Below, in pieces: positions 18,077-27,493 of a stretch of 64,000 bases of DNA. The DNA is from a virus. The stretch's first letter is position 1; each line of letters starts with the position of its first letter. The notes beneath the pieces are model-generated. The model was given only the letters and a program-made list of their open reading frames with translations, was not told the DNA's origin and searched no databases. The DNA is taken from positions 5,068-69,067 of IMG/VR virus record IMGVR_UViG_3300050144_000081; one strand, 5' to 3'. The translations under genes were made by a program, and so were the position numbers.

Positions 18077-20485
18077 TCATTCCCCGAAGGCGCCGATGCC
18101 GCCCGAGGAGCGGGAGGCCATGCCGTTCCGCATCCATCCGGCGGGCTGCATCGCCACATCGGCCAGTTCCGGCCGCCAGCCCGTGGGCATGCCGGCCGGC
18201 ATGAAGGGCGTTCCAGCTGGCGCCGCGATGGTCCAGTTCACCGTGTCGGCCACCAGCGTTGCGGCCTGGCGCGTCCCGGTCGTGCTGGTCCTGTCAGCGG
18301 CGGCAGCGCCGTGCTGCAGGTTCAGCCCGCCATCGATGTCCCACAGCGACCCACCCAAGTGCTCGACATGCCCCGCATAGCAGGTCAGGTTCCAGATCGT
18401 CGTCCCGATGCATCGCACGGCGTTGTTCCACTCGACCACCTTCGTGCGTGGTCGTTTGGCGGTGCCGGCCAGGCTCAGATCGAACAGGCTGATCTGCCAT
18501 GCCGCAGCCTGACTCGACCGGAACATCACGCTGTTGCCGTAGAAGAACATCGTGTGGCGGTAGGCTGCCTCCATACGGTAAGTCGAGCCGTCTTCGAGCG
18601 TCTTGACGAGGTACAGATCGTCGTCGGTCAGTTGTGGGTTCGGGGCCTGCACACCATCCACCCAGCGTGTAGCGCCACCATCTGCGGCGAATTTGTCGCC
18701 GCCCAGATGGATGACATTGACTGCGCCGCCGTACTCAGAGTCGAAGTCGTTGATCAGCAGGTTCCCATAGACGTGGACATACGGCTGGTCTGGGCGGATG
18801 TTGAGGCCCTGCTCCTGCTCTTCCGGCTCGACCAGGTCAAGGCAGCGCTGGGAGGAGGCGACTGTGTTGTACCGGATGATCTCGCCAGATGAGCGGCTTT
18901 TGAAGCTGGACCCCAGGGCACCGACGCGCAGTTGCCCGATGTAGCAGCCTTCAGTGATCGGGCCGCGCGCCTGGATGTAGAGGTTGTGCTCCGTCGATCG
19001 GCCCACCATTCCGTTTCCGTAGATCCGGCAGGAACGGAACACCGGCTCGTGCACGCATGTCCCATCGGTTTGCCCGCGGGACTGCGTGAAGATGCCGTAG
19101 TCGTTGTCATGGATGACGCAGTTGACGACGTGGCAGTTCTCGCCATTCTGCATGCGGAACCCGGATGACTGGTCCCATGCGCGAGTGACGCCCCGCGCAT
19201 CGGTGAAGGTGTTGCCCAGCTTGCAGCCGGTGACCTCGAAGTGCTGCCAGATGACGTACTTTGGCACTTGCTGGTCATACGGGTCGCCCATGCTGTTGGC
19301 GGTTCCGATCAGGCCCATCAGCTCGCGGTGCTGCCACGACAGAGGATCTGTCGTGCTGAAGAGGCTGCTGCCATCGGCAGTCAGGCATCCAGGTGCCACC
19401 GTTGCGCCGGCGCCGTGGAACATGGGCCGCTTACCGGCGCTGTCGGTGACGCCGTTGATGATGACTGGGCTGGCCAACGTCGCAGATGCGCGGACACGCA
19501 CGATCCTGCGGTACGGCGTCTCATCTTCCTTCGCGTAGATGTTGACGACGTCGCCAGCGACCAGTGTGGCCCACGGCACGGCATCCATTTCGGCATCGGT
19601 CCGCACCTGCCACGTTCTCAGGCCGGCAATGGCATAGGTGACTGGATCGCTTGCCGCAGACTGGGCCAGCACCACGGCGGAAGGTGCCGGCGCCGGTGCG
19701 GATGCTGGTGCTGCAGCCGGGTCAGCGGCACCAGCATCTGACAGGGCCGTCGCCGTTCCGCCAAAATCACCCCACTTCACACTGCGGTATGCAGCGGCCA
19801 AGCCAAGCCCCGCCGAAAATGCGGAAACTGTTTGCGGCAGCGCATCCAATGTGGCGGTGGCGACCCCGCTGAACTCGCCCCAGCGAATGCCGCGCATGGC
19901 GGTTGCCATGTCCACCCGCATTTCCAGCCGGCGCATGACACGGATGTTCAGCAGGATACGCGCAGGGACCACGGACCGCAGCGCAGGGATCACCCGCGCG
20001 ACAGACCCATCATCGACCTGGTCCTCATCCAGCTCGACATTGACGCGGCTGGTGAGCCAGTGGTTTCCGCCATCGAAAACAGACAGCCCGGTCGGGTACG
20101 GCTTGTCCTTGTCGTGCCAAAGCTGCCACATCTGCCAAGCGTTTGGCCACAGCAGCTGCAGGTACGTGCGCAGCATCGCCAGGCCCCGCTTGGGGTTGCG
20201 CCCGCGCCAGGACTCGTAGACGAAGCGCATGGCCTCCACATCATCGCGACGGTAGAGCGCGAGGCCGTCGTGCTTGACCGCTCGCGCGAACTGCTCCGCG
20301 CCGCCCATGTGCGGCATGCCGAGCGTGTTGGCATCACGCAGACCAGGCCGGATGTCAGCGTCGATCAGGTCGATCAGCAGCGCCTTGATCTCGGACTCGA
20401 ACTCGCTGGACTCGTGCGACAGGCGCAGCGGGGCCAGGTCGGGCGCATCCTGGGGCGTCAGCGGGTTGTCGCGCTCTTCGATCAT
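18077..20485 (-). CDS. Baseplate wedge/tail-I-like protein fused to a right-handed beta-helix (pectin-lyase-like) domain
   Basis: N-terminus RNPKRGLAMLRTYLQLLWPN...LTSRVNV; Ala/Pro linker; beta-helix motifs NCVIHDNDYGIF, SCRIYGNG, IIRYNTV, VHVYGNLL. Confidence 0.75.
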   Translation of the reverse strand: MIEERDNPLTPQDAPDLAPLRLSHESSEFESEIKALLIDLIDADIRPGLRDANTLGMPHMGGAEQFARAVKHDGLALYRRDDVEAMRFVYESWRGRNPKRGLAMLRTYLQLLWPNAWQMWQLWHDKDKPYPTGLSVFDGGNHWLTSRVNVELDEDQVDDGSVARVIPALRSVVPARILLNIRVMRRLEMRVDMATAMRGIRWGEFSGVATATLDALPQTVSAFSAGLGLAAAYRSVKWGDFGGTATALSDAGAADPAAAPASAPAPAPSAVVLAQSAASDPVTYAIAGLRTWQVRTDAEMDAVPWATLVAGDVVNIYAKEDETPYRRIVRVRASATLASPVIINGVTDSAGKRPMFHGAGATVAPGCLTADGSSLFSTTDPLSWQHRELMGLIGTANSMGDPYDQQVPKYVIWQHFEVTGCKLGNTFTDARGVTRAWDQSSGFRMQNGENCHVVNCVIHDNDYGIFTQSRGQTDGTCVHEPVFRSCRIYGNGMVGRSTEHNLYIQARGPITEGCYIGQLRVGALGSSFKSRSSGEIIRYNTVASSQRCLDLVEPEEQEQGLNIRPDQPYVHVYGNLLINDFDSEYGGAVNVIHLGGDKFAADGGATRWVDGVQAPNPQLTDDDLYLVKTLEDGSTYRMEAAYRHTMFFYGNSVMFRSSQAAAWQISLFDLSLAGTAKRPRTKVVEWNNAVRCIGTTIWNLTCYAGHVEHLGGSLWDIDGGLNLQHGAAAADRTSTTGTRQAATLVADTVNWTIAAPAGTPFMPAGMPTGWRPELADVAMQPAGWMRNGMASRSSGGIGAFGE

Positions 20486-20488
20486 GGG

Positions 20489-21937
20489 TCAGTAGTTCCA
20501 CAGGCCGGTCGAGTGCTCGGCATGCACTGCATTGACGATCAGGCTGGCCTCGGTGACCTGCAGGAAATTTTCGGGCAGCGCAGCCGATGGCGCAGCAACA
20601 GACACATGGAAGTCGCAGAGGTTGTCCTGCAGGGCCGGCACTTCATCGCGCAGCATCTTGGTGATGGCCTGCACCTTGATCGGGTTGCGCAGCCCCTCAC
20701 TGACCGCTGCACATCCATCCGCATACCTGCCGATGATCAGCGCCCGGATCTGGGCTGTCACGGCGGCCAGGTCATGCACCACAGCGATCCGTGCCGTCAC
20801 GGTCACAGCAATTGGCGTGATGACCGGGGCGACGAACCGAAGCTTGTAGCTGGTGTCCGCCTTGTAGATCAGGGCGGCCACCCGCTCGCGGAACACGGCA
20901 TCGGTCATGTTGGTCACCAGCCCCGCCACGAAGATCGAATTGACGCTGTCAAGGTTTGGCCCACGGGCAGCCTCCTCGACCTGCTCGTTCCACACAGCAA
21001 GGAACCGGATCGCCGGCAAGTACCTGCGCAGCAGGACCGTGAACTCGCCGAGGTAGACCGCGTTGTGGTCATAGATGGCGGGGTAGCGCGAGATGATGCG
21101 CAACTCGTCGATGCCAGACGGTGCGGAGCCGTTGTCGCTCACAGACACCAGCCTGGCCATCATCATGCTGTCGGCAGGGGTGTAGACATACTCTGGGGTG
21201 AGCTGGTCGCCCACGGCCAGGTCATTCAGTGCGCCGACCGATTCGGAGATGCGCAGCTCGAAGTTGTCGCCCAGTCGTGCGCCATAGCCGACCACATCCT
21301 GCTTTCCAAGCTGAACGAACATGCGGCGCTGCTCGTCCACTTCAACTTGGAACACTTTTTCGTCGACCCCGACATTGAACCATTCGGGGACATAAGCAAA
21401 CTGCTCCAGCACATCCTCGGACGCCCGGCGCCACAGCTCCAGCCCTGACAGATACACCGGCTCGGTGGTCTGGGGCACCTCGATCGAGTAGAACGGGCGC
21501 GGCAGCCCGACTTGGTGGGCCACGGTACGGATCGTGCGCTGAACGCCACGGACCCGCACTGTCTGCCCCGGCTGAATGGTCACGGCGGTGTCGATGCAGA
21601 AGATCCGTCCGTGCGGGTCCATCAGGCGGCGACCATCAGCCAATGCATAGGCGGCAGAGTGGTGGTTGGTCACGTCAAGCACGATCACGGCGGAGCGCGC
21701 GAGAGGCAGGATGCCTCGCATTGCGGCATCGGCCAGAACGGTTGCATCTCGCGCCTTCGCGAATGGCTCGAACTGCGTCGTGTCGAGCTGCACGGACAGC
21801 ATCTCCAGCATGACCGCGAAAGACTTGATCTGGACGATGACGCGCGGGTCACCGGCCGCGGCCAGTGCGGCAATGCCGGGGTACTGCGCAATGGCCGACA
21901 GGGCAGCGGCCTCGAACTGTTTGGCGGTGAGTGACAT
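20489..21937 (-). CDS. Baseplate protein (BplA / baseplate J-like)
   Basis: 482 aa; F.KARDATVLADA..RGILP motif; follows the gp25-like gene. Confidence 0.75.
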   Translation of the reverse strand: MSLTAKQFEAAALSAIAQYPGIAALAAAGDPRVIVQIKSFAVMLEMLSVQLDTTQFEPFAKARDATVLADAAMRGILPLARSAVIVLDVTNHHSAAYALADGRRLMDPHGRIFCIDTAVTIQPGQTVRVRGVQRTIRTVAHQVGLPRPFYSIEVPQTTEPVYLSGLELWRRASEDVLEQFAYVPEWFNVGVDEKVFQVEVDEQRRMFVQLGKQDVVGYGARLGDNFELRISESVGALNDLAVGDQLTPEYVYTPADSMMMARLVSVSDNGSAPSGIDELRIISRYPAIYDHNAVYLGEFTVLLRRYLPAIRFLAVWNEQVEEAARGPNLDSVNSIFVAGLVTNMTDAVFRERVAALIYKADTSYKLRFVAPVITPIAVTVTARIAVVHDLAAVTAQIRALIIGRYADGCAAVSEGLRNPIKVQAITKMLRDEVPALQDNLCDFHVSVAAPSAALPENFLQVTEASLIVNAVHAEHSTGLWNY

Positions 21938-22230
21938 CAGACGTCCTGCACCGTCACGGTCTGCCCCGACAACTCGAACACCAGTGCCTGTTTGTCCATG
22001 CCGTTCAGGTCAGAGGCATAGATGTTGATGTCCGGCATGCGGGACATCAACGGGATGTCAGATCGCAGCTTGCGGATCTGCATGTCTGCGCCACCAGCCC
22101 GCATGGGGTCATGGATCAGGCCAAGCACGTCGTTTCCGTAGGACTGGCCAAGGTAGCCGCCTGCCGGGCTGGACAGCCAGTGTTTCAGCATCTCGACCGG
22201 CTCGGTCGCGGGGATTGACGGCGATTGCAT
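21937..22230 (-). CDS. Baseplate wedge gp25/W-like protein
   Basis: MLKHWLSSP.GGYLG.SYG; 97 aa; precedes the J-like gene. Confidence 0.65.
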   Translation of the reverse strand: MQSPSIPATEPVEMLKHWLSSPAGGYLGQSYGNDVLGLIHDPMRAGGADMQIRKLRSDIPLMSRMPDINIYASDLNGMDKQALVFELSGQTVTVQDV

Positions 22231-22245
22231 GCTGGCACTTTGCCC

Positions 22246-22548
22246 CTACCTGGCCAGTGGGTGGCGCTCGGTTTTCCGCTCGGTGCCGGTCGATACCCCG
22301 CAACGTGCTGCGGCTGGCGACAGTGCGCGGATGCTGGCACCATGCCTGGCCCAGACGCCCTCCCAGCGATTCGCTTCGCCCTCCTGCCCGTTGCGCCCCG
22401 CATCCACCATGGCCTGCCAGGACAGCCGCTCGAAGCTGGTGTAGTGGCGCCACTGCAAGGCGATGTGGCGGCAGTCGGAGTCGGCTGCACGCGCTGGCAT
22501 GGGCAGCATGGTCAGCAGCAGCGACAAGAGCACGGATGGGCCGGTCAT
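22246..22548 (-). CDS. Small putative exported protein
   Basis: Signal-peptide-like MTGPSVLLSLLLTMLPMPARA. Confidence 0.5.
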   Translation of the reverse strand: MTGPSVLLSLLLTMLPMPARAADSDCRHIALQWRHYTSFERLSWQAMVDAGRNGQEGEANRWEGVWARHGASIRALSPAAARCGVSTGTERKTERHPLAR

Positions 22549-22835
22549 TCCCCGGTTACCCCGCCGGCGGAGTTCAGGACCGGCAGCACGTCGAGCTGGA
22601 TGCGGCACTGCCCGCGCAGCCAGGCCAGTGCAGCCCCACGCGAGCTGAACTCCGGGCTGTCAGGGAAGGTGGTCCCGTCATCTCGGACCATGTAGACGAT
22701 GCACAGCGTCATCATCTCCTCGGATCTATCGGCCCAGGCTGGCGCCTCTGCGATCTGGCATCCAATGATGCGGTTTGTGGTCAGGTAGGCGCGCTGCAGG
22801 TCAGGCGTATCACGGTAGGCATAGAGTGTGCTCAT
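22545..22835 (-). CDS. Hypothetical protein
   Basis: 96 aa, coupled to next gene. Confidence 0.55.
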   Translation of the reverse strand: MSTLYAYRDTPDLQRAYLTTNRIIGCQIAEAPAWADRSEEMMTLCIVYMVRDDGTTFPDSPEFSSRGAALAWLRGQCRIQLDVLPVLNSAGGVTGE

Positions 22836-22973
22836 TGAAGCATTTTATAGTGCTTCTGTGCTTTTTGCCTGTGTCACTTCGTGCCGAGAGGCTCCCCGCC
22901 ACAGCCCAATCACACCGCGCCGTTTGCCTGAGTTTGTGCCTGCTACTTTTCAGCCGGATTCAGATCAAATACT

Positions 22974-23120
22974 TTACTCATCGCTTTTCTCCAATGCTTC
23001 CAAAACTGATTCAACCGGGATGCACAGATCCCGCGCCACCTCTTCCGCCGCCCACTCCGGGCCGGCTCCCGCGTGCTTGGCCATGGCCAGCAGCACCTTG
23101 TCTTTGCTGATGATTGTCAT
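22974..23120 (-). CDS. Small HTH-like protein (48 aa)
   Basis: Hand translation MTIISKDKVLLAMAKHAGAGPEWAAEEVARDLCIPVESVLEALEKSDE*. Confidence 0.45.
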   Translation of the reverse strand: MTIISKDKVLLAMAKHAGAGPEWAAEEVARDLCIPVESVLEALEKSDE

Positions 23121-23171
23121 GCTGTGTTTCCTTTCGCTGCTCGGGCGATATTTTCGATTCGTGAAGCTCAG

Positions 23172-23582
23172 TCAGCGGCATGCGCTGATGGCTTGGTCAG
23201 TCGGGTCGACACCGTTGGCGATAGCCATGGCGCGGTAGTCGGCATGCAGCTCGTGCCCGCCGTCGTGTACGTCGTCGCGGATCTCTCCGCGCATCCGCTT
23301 CATGCGCACCGACAGGTTGTGGTCGGCACCGCGCAGCAGGAAGCCGGCGCAGGTGGCTGGCTTGGTGCTGCCGGACTCGTGACAGGCGAACTGGCGGTCG
23401 CTCATGTCGTGCGCGGTGTTGGCAGCGTGTCGGAACGCCTTGGCAGGGAAGATGCCGGTCTGGTCGACACGCCACGGACACCCGCCGCAGGGCTCGCGCC
23501 GGTAGCACTGGCGTCCGCCTTCGATGGTGACAACCTGGTACGTCTCGTCAACCGGGTTGACGGCGGTGATGGTAGCCGTCAT
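23172..23582 (-). CDS. Cys-rich phage protein (DUF6283-like)
   Basis: PCGGCPWR...FACH...CAGFL. Confidence 0.65.
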   Translation of the reverse strand: MTATITAVNPVDETYQVVTIEGGRQCYRREPCGGCPWRVDQTGIFPAKAFRHAANTAHDMSDRQFACHESGSTKPATCAGFLLRGADHNLSVRMKRMRGEIRDDVHDGGHELHADYRAMAIANGVDPTDQAISACR

Positions 23583-24193
23583 GCCTCACCGCCTTCCACC
23601 ACAGCCGGTGCACTGGCCTTCTCCTGCGCTTTCATCTCGTCGTACTTGGCGATGCCCCAGACAAGCGCGTAGCAACACCACAGGAACCGGTGCGTGTACT
23701 CCGTAAAGTTGTCTTCCCAGAGGTCGTTGAAGTGGAACCGCTTCCCTGGGTATATCTGATGGCTGAAGTCGTTGGCGGCAATCTGCTTCCGGTCCCCGCC
23801 AGAGTCTGAATCTGCACCGATCACCTCCTCCAGCACCGTGTCCCACAGTTTGCGCCGTTGCTCGCGGGTGGTGTGGTACTCGTTGTCGCGCACCCAGCGC
23901 AACACGATCTCCTTGATTCTCTGGTCAAACGTCTCTTCGCAGAACTCCTTGACGGGGTTTCGGCAGCGATCTACCCCGACCAGCTTCTCGGACCAGTAGC
24001 TCGGGTTGATCGAGCCGCGATCCGTGCGGAAGAACTTGAACATGTCGGTGGTGCGCTCGAAACAGAACGCGCCCATGTCGCCGCGGTACAGCAGACCCCC
24101 CGGGTACGTGATCAGGTCGAACGACTCGCAGATTGTTTCTGGCCGCTTGAACCGCAGGTGTCGGTACAGCCCGTCATCGCGCAGAGCCATCAT
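23579..24193 (-). CDS. Conserved hypothetical phage protein
   Basis: LRDDGLYRHLRF...GDMGAFCF...YWSEK...FLWCCYALVWGI. Confidence 0.7.
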   Translation of the reverse strand: MMALRDDGLYRHLRFKRPETICESFDLITYPGGLLYRGDMGAFCFERTTDMFKFFRTDRGSINPSYWSEKLVGVDRCRNPVKEFCEETFDQRIKEIVLRWVRDNEYHTTREQRRKLWDTVLEEVIGADSDSGGDRKQIAANDFSHQIYPGKRFHFNDLWEDNFTEYTHRFLWCCYALVWGIAKYDEMKAQEKASAPAVVEGGEA

Positions 24194-24239
24194 TGGTGGT
24201 TCTGCACATCGGTGAGGAATGCCTGTTGGCTCTTGTATC

Positions 24240-24536
24240 TCATGCTTCGACCCCTTCCGCCTTGTTCGCCATCATCTCCAGCCGCGCCGCCAGCATGCCA
24301 CTCAGCCACTGGCGGTCGCCGTCATTGAGCACCGGCAGCGCCACGAACTCGATGCCGGCGTCCTTGAGTGCCGCCACCACTTCCAGGCTGGCGCGCATCT
24401 GTACGGGGCTGCAGCGGGTGGTGTTGATCTCGGTCATGCGACGGGTGAACGGGTTGAAGCGGTCCACGGTCTGCGGATTGTTCTGCAGCAGCGGGGTGAC
24501 GCCATTGACGGTGATCTGTGCGGTACGGATGCTCAT
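24240..24536 (-). pseudogene. Apparently truncated/chimeric gene: first ~39 aa resemble a phage RAMP/Cas7-like family, the rest looks unrelated
   Basis: AAGGAGG SD; MSIRTAQITVNGVTPLLQNNPQTVDRFNPFTRRMTEIN resembles the I.G..PLL..N first strand of RAMP-like phage proteins; only 98 aa; truncation inferred. Confidence 0.5.
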
Positions 24537-24564
24537 GATTTCTGACCTCCTTATCAGTCAGGTT

Positions 24565-24770
24565 CTTCCTGTGGACAAGCCCACTGGCAAACCCGAAGGC
24601 TTGCCGCTGTGCTTTGCAGTTCCACGCAGTGCACTGCTGTTCAGTGCTGTGCGGTGCCGTGCCACTGGTGGAAAACCCACCGGCATGAGCTGGTTGCCCA
24701 TGCCGCTGTGCTTGTCGCTGCCGTTCCCTGCGATGCTATGCAATTCAGCGCCTTGAGCTGCAATGCCTTC
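24565..24770 (-). repeat. Two tandem ~99-nt units: (NN-GCA) pentamer tract, conserved AAGCACAGCGGCA, two hairpins; candidate structured RNA array
   Basis: 13 and 12 pentamers in register; identical 13-mer at + strand 24602-24614 and 24701-24713; hairpins GGCAAGCC-TTCG-GGTTTGCC and GGCATGGGC-AACCA-GCTCATGCC. Confidence 0.75.
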
Positions 24771-24809
24771 ATTATGAACAAGAAAAGCATTTATAGTGCT
24801 TCTTCAGTG

Positions 24810-26390
24810 CTAATTTAGTCCAAGCGCAGCATCCAGCGCCGACGCCATCTCTTCCGCTGTCCGCTCGATGACCGTGGTGATCCCGGCCTGGCTCGGGCGC
24901 TGCTCGATGTAGTGCGCATCCTCCAGGAACGCGAAGCTCATGGCGTCCGCCAAGTCCGGCGACTTGATGCCGAGGGTGCGCATGTCCTCCTTCTTCATCA
25001 TCTGGTAGCGCAAGCCACCAGCCTCGACGAAGTGGTAGGGCAGCCGGCTCACCTGGCCGATGATCTTCTCGCGCATCTTGAGCGACAAGCCGAGCGGCAT
25101 GCGAACGCGCCCCTGCTTGACCGCGTCGCGGAACCGAACCATGGCGCACGCGCGCCGGTTGTAGTACCGGTCCTGGTACTCGCGCTTGAAGCATGGCTTG
25201 CCCCAATTCACGCGCTCCACCGGCACGCCAGCGCGCTCAAGCAGCTTGCACACGGCCGACCCAACGCCGCCCGCGTCAACGTAGAGCGTGGCGTTCTGGA
25301 TTTCGCCGAACAGCGACTGCAGATCTCCCGTGAAGTCGATCTCGTCCTTCTCGTTCGTGCACAGCGGTATTTCCAGGTACTCGACGCGCCGAGCGTCCTC
25401 ACCGAAGTCGCTGTAGCCGGCCACCTTGGCGATGATGGCCACCGAGTCGTCTCGGTACTCGCCCATGCCGACGTCGGACAGGATCATCAGGCCGAATGGC
25501 TCGTCATCCCCGATGATCCGGTCATCCCGGAATACTGCCTCCACATGGTCGCGCGTCAGCAGGAAATCGCTTTCGTTCTGGGCGAACTGGCCCAGCACAC
25601 GAACGCGGTACTCCACGCTGTTCCGCCCGCCACTTTCGTGCTCGCGCGCCTTCAGCCACTCCGTCGTGACGAACGGGCTGTTCTCGCTGTTGAAGACCAG
25701 CGAGACCCATGTCCCACCGTTGTCGACCGACAGATCGTGGTGTGTCCGGTAGAAGTAGCCCGCAGCACGAACACCCTGGCTGGCAAGCAGCGTGCTGTTC
25801 ATCGGCTGGGTTTGCGTGCCCTCAATCACATCGAAGTGGCCATCCTCGATGCCGGCCGCTTCGTCGCCGATGATGAGCTGGTGGTATCGGTGCTTGCCAG
25901 CGATGCCGATGGACTGCCCCTTCTGCATCGCCACCTGGCTCACGAACCACTGCGACTCGAATCCATTGACCACGATCGAGGTCTTGTTGATCGTGTAGTA
26001 GTCGCGCAGCCATGCGAAGTCACCCGATGCAATGGCAAGGTCGGCGTCGTTCGCCTCCTTCCACACGCCATCCGCCACCTGAGAAAGCCGGGCCGCGCCG
26101 ACGTAGGTGTTCGAGCCGATCTCGACCTTGCCGTCGTAGAAGGCATACGGCCTGGCCAGCAAGTGCCAGAGCACGATGCGGCCGAACGTGTTCGTCTTGC
26201 CCGTGCCAGTGCCAGACACCACGGACACCTTCGCCAGCGGCAGACTGATCTCGGTCAGCAGGTCAATCTGGTCCTCGGACGGGACCATACCGCACACCTC
26301 GATGGAGAAGCGCAGGGCATCCCCGTAGTAGCGCGCCACGAACTCAGGGTAGCGCGGATCATCGAGGATTGTCTTTCTCTTGCCGGCCAC
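24810..26390 (-). CDS. Terminase large subunit (PacB-like)
   Basis: Walker A-like SGTGTGKT, Walker B LIIGDEAAGI, nuclease DVG.G...D and KSPDLADA motifs. Confidence 0.92.
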   Translation of the reverse strand: MAGKRKTILDDPRYPEFVARYYGDALRFSIEVCGMVPSEDQIDLLTEISLPLAKVSVVSGTGTGKTNTFGRIVLWHLLARPYAFYDGKVEIGSNTYVGAARLSQVADGVWKEANDADLAIASGDFAWLRDYYTINKTSIVVNGFESQWFVSQVAMQKGQSIGIAGKHRYHQLIIGDEAAGIEDGHFDVIEGTQTQPMNSTLLASQGVRAAGYFYRTHHDLSVDNGGTWVSLVFNSENSPFVTTEWLKAREHESGGRNSVEYRVRVLGQFAQNESDFLLTRDHVEAVFRDDRIIGDDEPFGLMILSDVGMGEYRDDSVAIIAKVAGYSDFGEDARRVEYLEIPLCTNEKDEIDFTGDLQSLFGEIQNATLYVDAGGVGSAVCKLLERAGVPVERVNWGKPCFKREYQDRYYNRRACAMVRFRDAVKQGRVRMPLGLSLKMREKIIGQVSRLPYHFVEAGGLRYQMMKKEDMRTLGIKSPDLADAMSFAFLEDAHYIEQRPSQAGITTVIERTAEEMASALDAALGLN

Positions 26391-26393
26391 TGG

Positions 26394-27245
26394 TCAGCGT
26401 CTTTCCCGGTCCTTGCGCCTGGCCGCAACGATGGCTGCCTGCCGTTCCATTGACTGGTTGATCCCAGACCTGTACTTAGCCTCCAGCATTTCAGCATCGA
26501 ACACGCTGACCTCCACCTTGTTGTCCTCTTTGAAGAACCCGCGGTGTCGCCCGATCGCGGCCAGACTGTCCCCGCGCGACCGCGTCTTGACCTCCAGCCC
26601 GTCCTTGCCCAGCTTCACCCCTTCGTAGAGCTGCGCCCCGACCCGTGACAGCTTGCGCGTGTCCGACACCAGCATCTCGCCCAGGCCATCTCCATGGCAC
26701 TCCGGGCACTCCGGGTGCGGCGTGCGCTTCTTGCTGTAGCCGGTCCCGCCCTTCTCGTCGAACGGCTTCGGGCTCGTCACTCCGTCCTGCTTCTCCTCGT
26801 GCTTCTCGCGGGCGCGCTCCATCTCAGCCGGCGTGAACTGGTAGCGATGGTCCTTCCCGTGGCAGTGCCGGCATGGAATGCGCCGGTACTCGACCAGCTC
26901 ACGCGCGTCAGCAGTGGCGATCTCGACGTGCATCCGCAGCAGTTCGGCCACGCCAAGTTCGTTCTGCTTTGCCGCGATTGCCCGCAGTTCGGCGACCCTT
27001 ACCGACACCTTTTCCCGCGCTGCCAGCACGCTGGCCTTGCTGTAGAGGCTGGCCGGCAACCAGTTGCGCGACCCAGGGTAGGCCTTTCGGTATGCCTCGG
27101 CCTGGTTGCCACTCGCGGCGAGTTCGATGGCAAACATCTCCTCCTGAGGGGTCAGCTTCTTGGCCTTCTCCGCAGCTTTCTGCACAGCCTTCGCTGACGG
27201 CTTCGCACCTGTCTTCCGCGCAGGCTTGGCGGCGGTATTCACCAT
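26394..27245 (-). CDS. Terminase small subunit with zinc-finger insert
   Basis: LTPQEEMFAIE...GNQAEAYRKAY; CRHCHG...CPECHGDG; directly upstream of TerL; start re-picked. Confidence 0.8.
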   Translation of the reverse strand: MVNTAAKPARKTGAKPSAKAVQKAAEKAKKLTPQEEMFAIELAASGNQAEAYRKAYPGSRNWLPASLYSKASVLAAREKVSVRVAELRAIAAKQNELGVAELLRMHVEIATADARELVEYRRIPCRHCHGKDHRYQFTPAEMERAREKHEEKQDGVTSPKPFDEKGGTGYSKKRTPHPECPECHGDGLGEMLVSDTRKLSRVGAQLYEGVKLGKDGLEVKTRSRGDSLAAIGRHRGFFKEDNKVEVSVFDAEMLEAKYRSGINQSMERQAAIVAARRKDRERR

Positions 27246-27493
27246 CCCCAGTCTCCCACGCGAACCAGGCAGACGCTCCCCTGTATGACGGGCAGCACCG
27301 TCCCGGCGGACGGGCGGGGGCGGGTCATCATCGTGTCCATGATCGCCTCGTTGCGGCGCGAGCATGTGACGCACTGGTCATCGAGCTTGATGCCCTTGAG
27401 CGGCGGGTAGAAGAACCGGCCGAAGCACCGAGCATCGTCAGGCGGTGGGTGGTATCTGTCCGCCGTCGCGTCTCCCACGTCGTCGCCACGCAT
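27239..27493 (-). CDS. Small hypothetical protein
   Basis: 84 aa coupled ORF. Confidence 0.45.
   Translation of the reverse strand: MRGDDVGDATADRYHPPPDDARCFGRFFYPPLKGIKLDDQCVTCSRRNEAIMDTMMTRPRPSAGTVLPVIQGSVCLVRVGDWGW

Noticed and set aside
19832-21448. Long plus-strand ORFs (also 1865..2839, 24912..26453, 43927..45156, 48986..50680, 56959..58077)
   Set aside because: Antisense shadows of well-supported minus-strand genes in GC-rich DNA; no recognisable motifs
24565-24770. Canonical CRISPR array
   Set aside because: No 25-45 nt identical repeats with unique spacers; only two units with pentamer periodicity; no cas operon
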